DNA of 53,555 nt from NCBI GenBank assembly GCA_000996895.1, contig LCBB01000007.1, positions 1-53,555 on the forward strand, read 5' to 3'. The stretch is from a candidate division WWE3 bacterium GW2011_GWC2_41_23 (lineage in GTDB: Bacteria > Patescibacteriota > WWE3 > UBA101185 > UBA10185). The notes beneath the pieces are model-generated. The model was not told the origin of the DNA. It did no database searches and saw nothing but the letters and a program-made list of their open reading frames with translations. Both the position numbers and the translations under genes were made by a program. Of the stretch, positions 46,784 through 53,555 are shown piece after piece. How positions within the stretch are numbered: the stretch's first letter is position 1; each line of letters begins with the position of its first letter.

Positions 46784-47098
46784 CTAACTCAGATCTCCAA
46801 TCCCCAATAAGTTGAAGAAGATATATTTGATTCCCCACGCTCCCGCCGAAACCAAGAGTCCTATTATGCTCCATGTAAGAGCCCTTTTAGCCTTTTGTAC
46901 GGTTTTAGGATCTCCCCCTCCGGTGACAAACATAACGAACGAATAGGCGATGGCTATAATGGCAAGCCCGAATCCTATGATTATGGCTATATTGGCGAAT
47001 ATGGTGGCAAGACCGGCCAAATTCGTAAATCTATTCGTATTTACTGCGTCAGGTACAGAGGAAACAACGTTTCTTGACCATTTAAAAGGATCGTCCAT
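46784..47098 (-). CDS. T4SS-pilin-like (VirB2/TrbC-type) protein, paralog 3
   Basis: Two-helix hairpin with the loop AYSFVMFVTGGGDPKTVQKAKRALTWSIIG. Confidence 0.65.
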   Translation of the reverse strand: MDDPFKWSRNVVSSVPDAVNTNRFTNLAGLATIFANIAIIIGFGLAIIAIAYSFVMFVTGGGDPKTVQKAKRALTWSIIGLLVSAGAWGIKYIFFNLLGIGDLS

Positions 47099-47126
47099 TT
47101 AGTTTAATACTCCGAAATTTAAACAG

Positions 47127-47147
47127 GGGCCCGGGCCTACCGGGCCC
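47127..47147 (-). terminator. GC-rich hairpin (attenuator or partial terminator) between pilin paralogs 2 and 3
   Basis: GGGCCCGG pairs with CCGGGCCC (8 bp, 5-nt loop). In minus sense it is followed by CTGTTTAAATTT. Confidence 0.5.
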
Positions 47148-47180
47148 ACTTAATGACAAACTAAAGCGGTGGCCCCGTGA

Positions 47181-47513
47181 TTAGTAGTTAGTGACAAATG
47201 AGTCGTCCCCACCTAACAAAGTTAATATTAAGGCTCTTATTCCGTAGACCAACAACAAACCGACGCCTCCGATAACTGCATAAGTAAGGGTTTTCTGTGC
47301 AGAATCGACTGCATTTTTGTCCCCTCCGGATGAGACGTACTTAACGAACCCTATAGCAAGGAAAAGCACTACTAAAGCTAGACCTACTATAATAACAATG
47401 TTTGTAATCATTGTAACTAGACCGGACACTGACGTGATACTTATCCCTGTCAAAGGATCTGTACCCACAGAAGCGGCGTATACCTTAGTTTCGAATAAAG
47501 ATAATAAGTTCAT
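47181..47513 (-). CDS. T4SS-pilin-like (VirB2/TrbC-type) protein, paralog 2 (candidate major subunit)
   Basis: Signal-like N-terminus (VYAASVG) and a two-helix hairpin with the loop FVKYVSSGGDKNAVDSAQKTLTYAVIG. Confidence 0.65.
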   Translation of the reverse strand: MNLLSLFETKVYAASVGTDPLTGISITSVSGLVTMITNIVIIVGLALVVLFLAIGFVKYVSSGGDKNAVDSAQKTLTYAVIGGVGLLLVYGIRALILTLLGGDDSFVTNY

Positions 47514-47554
47514 ATAAATTGTTTAAATTTCTACACCTCCCTCAGAAAAATCAT

Positions 47555-48628
47555 TTACAACCCTGAGTTAACCCCCAGGATACTGTTAATTATAACCCGC
47601 AGTATAAATACTGACAACAACACAAAAAGGGTGCCCAAAATGGCAGCTGTGAACTGATCTTTGCCTTCTTTTACCCTTCCGGGGTCGCCCTCACTTGATA
47701 TAAGCAAGTAACCTGAGTAGATAATGCCTAATATTCCGACGAAAATGCCGGTGTAGAAGAGGATTCTGAAAACAGGGGCCAGAAGCCCCGCAATGTCCGA
47801 GATTATAGGACCGCGGTAAACGGGAAACGAGCCGGCGGACCAAGTATCGTTTATATCTTCGGGTACGTCAGCGCGGCAATATCCATTTAAACAAGTCCAC
47901 GCCGTATTATTGCATGCATCCCCCGTAGTACAACAGGTTCCGTCGAGATTCCCACAAGTGCCCTGGGGAACACAGTAACCTTTTGGACTGGCCGCATCTG
48001 CTTTAGTTGCGTCACAAATATCTGTCCCTAAGCAGGTGCCCGGATTAAAGATAGGGTCGATTGGGTCGGGGCAACATTTCAATGGCGCAGTTCCACAAGT
48101 TTGACCAGGTATATAACAAAGTCCGGTAGCTCCGTTACATTCCAAATTCGATACGGTAGTTTTAACACAATATCTTGTCCCGGCATCCCCAGGACAGCAA
48201 ACATCTCCTACATTAGAGCACGAAGGGAGGGTATTTACATCCGCGCACTTATTAGATACTTGGTCGCAATAGACCGCGCTCCCCTGGCATACATAGGCAG
48301 AGGCCTCATAATTCCAACAACAATTGTCCCCTACCGATGTACATTTTGCGCAAATGCTTACTCTCGGATCTGCAGGTCCTATTACGCAAAAAAGTCCGGA
48401 GTCGCACACACATGTAGTGGGGAGAGCTTCTGATAGACAGGGAGCTTCCCCAGCACTAGGCGGAAGGGTGTTGTCACAGCAGGATTGTTGGGCAGCACCA
48501 CACTGCGCATAAGTAGACGGTGAAAAAGCCAGGAATAGAAATAAAAAAATACCTGCGGATAAAGTGTATTTCAACAAAGAACCCAGGCTCCTTACCTTGC
48601 GCACTTCCTTTTTATAAAGACTGTTCAT
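47555..48628 (-). CDS. secreted protein with five Cys-rich modules fused to a C-terminal T4SS-pilin-like domain, paralog 1
   Basis: Signal peptide (FSPSTYAQC). Five modules of about 40 aa of type C-x5-6-CC-x-C-x-C-x-C span aa 42-250. The C-terminal hairpin is IIYSGYLLISSEGDPGRVKEGKDQFTAAILG. Confidence 0.7.
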   Translation of the reverse strand: MNSLYKKEVRKVRSLGSLLKYTLSAGIFLFLFLAFSPSTYAQCGAAQQSCCDNTLPPSAGEAPCLSEALPTTCVCDSGLFCVIGPADPRVSICAKCTSVGDNCCWNYEASAYVCQGSAVYCDQVSNKCADVNTLPSCSNVGDVCCPGDAGTRYCVKTTVSNLECNGATGLCYIPGQTCGTAPLKCCPDPIDPIFNPGTCLGTDICDATKADAASPKGYCVPQGTCGNLDGTCCTTGDACNNTAWTCLNGYCRADVPEDINDTWSAGSFPVYRGPIISDIAGLLAPVFRILFYTGIFVGILGIIYSGYLLISSEGDPGRVKEGKDQFTAAILGTLFVLLSVFILRVIINSILGVNSGL

Positions 48629-48640
48629 ACTCTACTATAA

Positions 48641-48649
48641 AATCTACCA
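48641..48649 (-). promoter_or_regulatory. extended -10 promoter (TGGTAGATT in minus sense) 12 nt upstream of ATG 48628
   Basis: It has the same geometry as the 36240 element. No SD lies in the 12-nt interval. Confidence 0.4.
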
Positions 48650-48734
48650 GTTATTTGGTTAAAAATCCACAAAAACTTTGAGCCTTTTTCCCAATGTTAT
48701 TGTGGAACTTTCTACAAATTTAGATTTCCTAAGC

Positions 48735-48743
48735 TGGTATAAT
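48735..48743 (+). promoter_or_regulatory. extended -10 promoter (TGGTATAAT) 8 nt upstream of ATG 48752 (leaderless-type)
   Basis: TG-n-TATAAT at 48735-48743. The predicted transcription start falls at or next to the start codon. Confidence 0.45.
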
Positions 48744-48751
48744 ATGGGGGC

Positions 48752-50593
48752 ATGCCCGAACTTAAAAAAATAGTTACAATACCCTCGGTTAATAACGGAG
48801 TGCTTTACAAAACAGTAGGCATCGTGTTCCTTTTACTTACCTCGGTGCTACTAGCTTCCCGCGTCCTCGCAGACGACCCCTGTAAAAACATCTCCGACCT
48901 CGACGACAAAGCAAAATGCTACGAAGAACAAATAGAAAAAAAAGAAAACGAATATCAATCCACAAGCAGCAAGCTCGAACAAATCCGCAACACGAAAAAT
49001 CAGATTTCACAAAAAATCTCCGGGCTTCTTAGTCAAATCAGCGTTACACAGGGAGAGATTGACGACCTTCAAAATGAAATTACTAAAATCAAAAAACAAC
49101 TTGATGAAATAAACGCAATTCTTGCCGACAGAAAAACCTCTCTTGCCGAAAAAATATCTTTGAGAAACAAAGTAGTACGCACGTATTCAAAGAGACACCT
49201 ACTCAACGACATTGAAACCTTTTTAGCAACAAACACTTCAATAGGTTTAAACGGTTTTCAGTTCGCTACCCTATCCCAAGCTTTTAATACCGCAGTAACC
49301 GACGAAACAATTAAAATAATTTCGGGGTTGAATTCTGAAATAGACAGCTACGAAAAAGATAAGGCTGAAGGAGAAAAATTGAAGGGAGAGCTTGAAGCCA
49401 CCCAACAGGAATTTTTGGCCGCAAAAGCTGAATTGGATGCGCGCAAGAATTCTGCACAGGGAGAGTTGAGTGACGCCGCAAAAAAAGAATCAGGGTATCA
49501 GGACAAACTCGAAGATCTGGAAGATGAGATTTCCGCACTTTCTGAAAAGCAACAAAGTATTTTGAAACAAAAATACGGAGATGAGTACGGTTCTGTGGGA
49601 GATTACGATACACCAACCTCAAAAACTCCGGACCCGCCGTTTAAACCTGCTTACGCCGCATTCAGTTACGGAGCTTACACTCACTATAAAGGGATGAGCC
49701 AATACGGCGCCAAAGGACGTGCGGACTCGGGAAAAAGTTATGAGGACATAATAGAATTTTATTACAAAACGGGTGTGGACGAGGTGGACGATTTCCCCGA
49801 TGAATTATGTGTAGAGGGTCAAGGAGATATGGATTTCCAGGAGTATTTATACGGTATCGCTGAAATGCCCAGCGACTGGCACAAAGAGGCTCTAAAAGCA
49901 CAGGCAATTGCAGCAAGATCCTATGCCTACAGATATCAAAAAAAGGGTAACTGCATTTGTACCACACAAAGCTGTCAGGTTTTCCTTAAGAGTAAAAGCG
50001 ACAACCCCCCTTCCCGGTGGAAAGACGCCGTTGATGATACAGAAGGTATGGTCGTAAGTGACGGAGTTGTTACCTACTACTCCTCTACTACCGGCGGCTA
50101 TATAGAGAATGTCGGTTGGGACACCTACGGAAGCTGGCCGGGAAATGCTTACGAAAAGAAAGCCGGCTCCCCCTGGTTCTATAAAGCCTGGTATACAAAA
50201 AGTTACAGTAGCAGCGATACCTGCGGGCACAACCACCCGTGGCTCTCAGAAAAAGAAATGGCTGACATCCTCAATGCCTACGTAGTCTGGAGCAACGGCT
50301 CGGGAGACGAAAAAGACCATATATCCCCAGTCACTACCAGCTGCTGGGGAGGCGACCCTTACTCTCTCGACGAAATGGCTTCAAAAGCCGATAAGTACGG
50401 CAAAAAATATTCAAAAGTCACCTCAGTTGACGTAGATATAAGCAACGGTGGTTACACTTCCAAAGTAACCCTCGGTACAGATAACGGAACCGTTACCCTA
50501 AACGGCGACACATTTAAAACAGTATTTAACCTCCGCGCCCCCGGATACGTTGCTATCAGAAGCAGACTTTTCGATCTTGAAAAAAGAAACTAA
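48752..50593 (+). CDS. membrane-anchored coiled-coil protein with a SpoIID/LytB-type peptidoglycan hydrolase domain
   Basis: N-terminal anchor, then about 220 aa of heptad-rich sequence (EQIEKKENEYQS...LEDLEDEISALSEKQQ). The SpoIID signature is GMSQYGA...YLYGIAEMPSDWHKEALKAQAIAARSYA...YYSSTTGG. Confidence 0.7.
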   Translation: MPELKKIVTIPSVNNGVLYKTVGIVFLLLTSVLLASRVLADDPCKNISDLDDKAKCYEEQIEKKENEYQSTSSKLEQIRNTKNQISQKISGLLSQISVTQGEIDDLQNEITKIKKQLDEINAILADRKTSLAEKISLRNKVVRTYSKRHLLNDIETFLATNTSIGLNGFQFATLSQAFNTAVTDETIKIISGLNSEIDSYEKDKAEGEKLKGELEATQQEFLAAKAELDARKNSAQGELSDAAKKESGYQDKLEDLEDEISALSEKQQSILKQKYGDEYGSVGDYDTPTSKTPDPPFKPAYAAFSYGAYTHYKGMSQYGAKGRADSGKSYEDIIEFYYKTGVDEVDDFPDELCVEGQGDMDFQEYLYGIAEMPSDWHKEALKAQAIAARSYAYRYQKKGNCICTTQSCQVFLKSKSDNPPSRWKDAVDDTEGMVVSDGVVTYYSSTTGGYIENVGWDTYGSWPGNAYEKKAGSPWFYKAWYTKSYSSSDTCGHNHPWLSEKEMADILNAYVVWSNGSGDEKDHISPVTTSCWGGDPYSLDEMASKADKYGKKYSKVTSVDVDISNGGYTSKVTLGTDNGTVTLNGDTFKTVFNLRAPGYVAIRSRLFDLEKRN

Positions 50594-50637
50594 ACCACGC
50601 AACGCAAAGTCAGACGTTGTAATGCTATAATTGCAAC

Positions 50638-51198
50638 ATGTTCGGATCACTCCAGGAAAACCCTAAAGCCACCTCTTATGACGGAAGGGACGACGACGAA
50701 AGAATAAAGTATGTCATAAGAAAATCCCCGATTTTAGCCGTTCCCTGGATAATCGCGACAATAATCCTGTTCCTTCTCCCCTTGTTAGTTCCGCTTATCC
50801 TTAAATATATTCCCGAAGGGTCTCCTGTTCTTTTTGACGGGGGCTCCGTATTAATAATAACGGTATTGTGGTACCTCTTCTCTTTCGGATTTTTTCTTCA
50901 AAGTATTTTAAGCTGGTTTTTCAACATACTTATAATTACGAACAAGAAAATTGTAGATATAGATTTTACCGGATTCCTTTATAAAAATATTTCTGAAACT
51001 ACGTTGGATAATATTGAGGACGTAACTTCAAATGTTGCGGGGGCGTTCGGGGTTACATTTAACATCGGTTCCCTTTTTATACAAACCGCAGCAGAAAAAA
51101 GAGAATTTGAGTTCAACGGGGTGGCGGATCCTTCAAGAATACGGGACATCTTGTCCGACTTAGTTGCAAAGGTAAAACATCATGGGAACAACGCCTAA
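50638..51198 (+). CDS. membrane protein with a bacterial PH (bPH_2/YdbS-like) domain
   Basis: A two-TM hairpin is followed by FNILIITNKKIVDIDFTGFLYKNISETTLDNIEDV...FIQTAAEKREFEFNGVADP. Confidence 0.55.
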   Translation: MFGSLQENPKATSYDGRDDDERIKYVIRKSPILAVPWIIATIILFLLPLLVPLILKYIPEGSPVLFDGGSVLIITVLWYLFSFGFFLQSILSWFFNILIITNKKIVDIDFTGFLYKNISETTLDNIEDVTSNVAGAFGVTFNIGSLFIQTAAEKREFEFNGVADPSRIRDILSDLVAKVKHHGNNA

Positions 51199-51421
51199 CT
51201 TAGAAAATTTATTGCCTACGGCCGGTATTGTCGCAATTACAGATGTTGTGGTATTTATTTCCGTTGCCGGATACGCTGTTTTCTCGTTTCTTCTAATGAG
51301 GCAAGTGAGACTTATGAATAAAAGTTTCTCTACGCCTCTTGGCGCGTTGTTCACCTTTTTCGGACGTTTACATTTTTTTGTAGCATTAATTTTGCTACTC
51401 GCAGCCTTGCTTAATTTATAA
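51182..51421 (+). CDS. small two-TM membrane protein (79 aa)
   Basis: Overlaps the previous gene by 17 nt. It has two hydrophobic helices. No family recognised. Confidence 0.5.
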   Translation: MGTTPNLENLLPTAGIVAITDVVVFISVAGYAVFSFLLMRQVRLMNKSFSTPLGALFTFFGRLHFFVALILLLAALLNL

Positions 51422-51424
51422 AAA

Positions 51425-53233
51425 ATGAAAAAGAAACTTACTGCCAAAATTCAAGAGATAAATCCCACACTCCAACAGTTCTCTACCTCTTTTTCTAAAT
51501 GTCTTGTTATAGAGCCGGAGTCCAAGGAAATTTTGCTTAAAAAAGGCAGCATTTACGCAGTTTACGAAGTTACCGGAACAGCTAATTTTGATACCGCCCT
51601 TACGGATCGCGTCCTTCGTGACATTCTTCACAACAGCTATTTTCAATCAGATAATATTTCACCGATTCAATCTTTGGAAAAAGCAATTGTCGAAGCAAAA
51701 GAAAAAATATTGCAACTTTCAAACGATGCTTTAAGCGCAGAACCGGCAGCAGTACAGCTGAACGTTACTGCAGGAGTTTTGTGGGGAAATGTATTTTATG
51801 CAGTAGGCGTAGGGGACGCCGATAGCTATCTTATGCGCGAAGGCGGGGTAAAACCCATCGAGGCCGTAAGTGAGGGCACCTTTACCGCAGCATCGGGGAT
51901 TGTAAAAGACGAGGATGTAGTAATACTCTGTTCAAGACAATTTTCAAAAAATTATCCTCCCCAAAAACTTCTTTCAACAAGAATTGCGGAACAGAATTTA
52001 AAAGAAAATGAGGCCTGTATACTTTTGAAATTTATTATTGATACTTCCTTTACCGAAGAAGAGGTTATTGATTTTGGTCTCGAAAAACAAGCGAGCAAAA
52101 ATAGAAAAAGAGAACAGGTCGAAAAAATAATATTAGGGGCAAGAAAGAGCGTTGAAAAAGCCGCTCCTCTGGCTAAAAAATTTACGGGATTGTTTGCAAA
52201 AAAGAAACAGACAACCTCCAGAATTGATATTTCGGGTGTAAACAAAAAGCAGGGGATAAAAATAAACAAAAAGGTAGTGTTTCTCTTGCCGGTCCTGGGA
52301 GTCATTTTAATCGGAGCTCTAATCTGGCAACTTGCAGGAAAGAAATCTCCTCCCAAAGTACCCGAGCAACAAGTTCAGAATGAAACACCTGCGGAAGTAA
52401 CCCAGCCACAGGAACAAACAATAAATATAGCGGAAATTACTAAAGACGACGGACAATATAAAGTACTCCGCGTTACCCCTGAGATCTTTTACGACATAAA
52501 AATTACCGATCAAAGTGCGGAACCCGGAGAAATAGTTTCGGTCGCCGAATATCTAATAGTGTCCGACACCACATCCGGAAAAATTTACAAATCGGTCACG
52601 GATACCGCAAAATTCGAGGCAGAAACTGCAAGTTACCCGGGAATTAAATCGTTAATAAACGCTAACGGAAAGGTGGGGTTTCTTCAAAACAATAAGTTTT
52701 ATTCCTACTCCCCCGCTACTCCGTCGGATATAACTTCTTTTGATATGCCCGGTGTTGAAATTATAAATACATACTCGGACTATCTCTACGGAATAACAGC
52801 AGATAAATTAAACAGATATCAAAAAGACGGGGCGCAGTACACCGAAACCCTGTGGGGACAAAATGCGGAATTTCAAAACGCGAGATCTCTTACGGTTGCG
52901 TACAGCATTTATCTGCTAACTTCTAACGGAACACTCACAAAATATACAAGCGGAAATAAAAATACTTTTGAAGTAAAAGGATTAAACAACACACTTGCGG
53001 GGGCAACAAAAGTTATTACCGATATAGATTTTGATAATATTTATATTCTTGATCCGCCTAATCAAAGAGTTGTTGTGTTGGATGACGAAGGCGTACTCAT
53101 TAAACAATACACACACGAACCTCAGGCATCCTGGGATTCTCTAAAAAATATAACTGTAACTTCCGACGAAAGCACAATTTACCTTCTGAACGGTAGCAAA
53201 GTAATGACATTAATTTTGGAAGCTCAAAACTGA
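51425..53233 (+). CDS. single-TM protein: degenerate PP2C/SpoIIE-like N-domain, one TM, C-terminal beta-propeller-like repeats
   Basis: AVYEVTG...VTAGVLWGNVFYAVGVGDADSYLMREGG resembles the PP2C core. The TM is VVFLLPVLGVILIGALIWQL. Repeated blades of type IYLLTSNGTLTKY / IYILDPPNQRVVVLD / IYLLNGSKV follow. Confidence 0.6.
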   Translation: MKKKLTAKIQEINPTLQQFSTSFSKCLVIEPESKEILLKKGSIYAVYEVTGTANFDTALTDRVLRDILHNSYFQSDNISPIQSLEKAIVEAKEKILQLSNDALSAEPAAVQLNVTAGVLWGNVFYAVGVGDADSYLMREGGVKPIEAVSEGTFTAASGIVKDEDVVILCSRQFSKNYPPQKLLSTRIAEQNLKENEACILLKFIIDTSFTEEEVIDFGLEKQASKNRKREQVEKIILGARKSVEKAAPLAKKFTGLFAKKKQTTSRIDISGVNKKQGIKINKKVVFLLPVLGVILIGALIWQLAGKKSPPKVPEQQVQNETPAEVTQPQEQTINIAEITKDDGQYKVLRVTPEIFYDIKITDQSAEPGEIVSVAEYLIVSDTTSGKIYKSVTDTAKFEAETASYPGIKSLINANGKVGFLQNNKFYSYSPATPSDITSFDMPGVEIINTYSDYLYGITADKLNRYQKDGAQYTETLWGQNAEFQNARSLTVAYSIYLLTSNGTLTKYTSGNKNTFEVKGLNNTLAGATKVITDIDFDNIYILDPPNQRVVVLDDEGVLIKQYTHEPQASWDSLKNITVTSDESTIYLLNGSKVMTLILEAQN

Positions 53234-53298
53234 GCAACCGCCCTTTAAGACCTGTAGTATTTGTTGCAACTGGTGCATTCTCGCCCCAAATTAAAGCA

Positions 53299-53327
53299 TT
53301 GACCTTATTGAGGAGAGTCAGTAGAAT
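53299..53327 (+). promoter_or_regulatory. sigma-70-type promoter TTGACC-17 nt-TAGAAT
   Basis: -35 at 53299-53304, a 17-nt spacer, and -10 at 53322-53327, 19 nt upstream of ATG 53346. Confidence 0.5.
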
Positions 53328-53345
53328 ACCAGTTGCTTAAGTAGG

Positions 53346-53555
53346 ATGATGACCAAAGAAAAGTATATTCGGGACAACCTACGGAAGACCCTCTGCCACA
53401 AATGCGGTACGAGTTTAGAGAGAGCCGAGATCGTGCCCATTTCAAGCGAAGCTAGTATAGCGTGGGTCGCGCACGCCGTCTGCCCTAAATGTAAAGCAGA
53501 AAGCATGGTAACCATTACACCAACAGGCAACGGAATAGTGCCGGTACAATCCGAC
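53346..53555 (+). CDS. partial CDS (runs off the window) encoding a zinc-ribbon protein
   Basis: MMTKEKYIRDNLRKTLCHKCG...AVCPKCKAES has a CxxC-x26-CxxC pattern and is open to the window end. It is absent from the ORF track because it has no stop, and a good promoter precedes it. Confidence 0.5.
   Translation, partial: MMTKEKYIRDNLRKTLCHKCGTSLERAEIVPISSEASIAWVAHAVCPKCKAESMVTITPTGNGIVPVQSD

Noticed and set aside
53318-53530. 70-aa minus-strand ORF at the right edge
   Set aside because: The opposite strand carries an open CxxC...CxxC ORF preceded by a TTGACC-17-TAGAAT promoter. The minus ORF has no comparable signals.
1-53555. Possibility of an alternative genetic code (UGA recoding, as in some CPR lineages)
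   Set aside because: Long conserved genes terminate cleanly at TGA (for example 6202-7488 and 7713-8624) as well as at TAA and TAG. Family motifs read correctly with the standard table.
1-53555. Search by eye for integrase or transposase genes, CRISPR arrays, rRNA genes, prophage modules and toxin-antitoxin pairs
   Set aside because: I recognised none. In particular, no recombinase accompanies the tRNA-associated repeats, so I do not call them mobile elements.

Overview
This 53.6-kb window is densely coded on both strands and uses the standard genetic code, with TGA, TAA and TAG all serving as stops. All calls rest on motifs I recognise by eye; no homology search or RNA folding was possible. 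The gene content looks like a small-genome, Patescibacteria/CPR-like bacterium, possibly Microgenomates-like (an inference).

Housekeeping genes I recognise:
- dnaG-rpoD
- smpB plus tmRNA (ssrA)
- mscL
- seven tRNA genes: three tRNA-Ser, Ala, Arg, and one truncated at the left edge

Envelope and repair content:
- Five polytopic GT-C-like glycosyltransferase paralogs, a ManC-like nucleotidyltransferase, two SAM methyltransferases and a CE4 deacetylase.
- Ion transporters of the CaCA and CPA2/Kef families.
- A NOX/ferric-reductase-like flavocytochrome.
- An orphan Cas4-like PD-(D/E)XK nuclease.
- A small alkylation-repair group (AlkD-like plus an alkyltransferase-like protein with Trp in place of the catalytic Cys).
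- An adjacent cohesin-like and dockerin-bearing surface protein pair.
- A sortase-like lipoprotein next to a Thr/Pro-repeat protein with a C-terminal anchor.

Two things stand out:
1. Coordinates 36.2-53.2 kb hold a ~17-kb cluster. It contains four tandem T4SS-pilin-like (VirB2/TrbC-type) genes, one of them fused to a five-module Cys-rich domain. It also contains a VirB6/TrbL-like polytopic protein, a 1332-aa secreted Cys-rich giant, a 1300-aa single-TM protein with an extracellular HExxH motif, a coiled-coil SpoIID-type wall hydrolase and a PH-domain/PP2C-like/beta-propeller trio. No recognisable secretion ATPase lies inside the window.
2. Four tRNA loci (all three tRNA-Ser and the edge tRNA) are followed by partial copies of their own 3' ends. 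These copies bound tiny single-gene cassettes or ~140-nt homologous trailers.

I saw no rRNA, CRISPR array, transposase or integrase.
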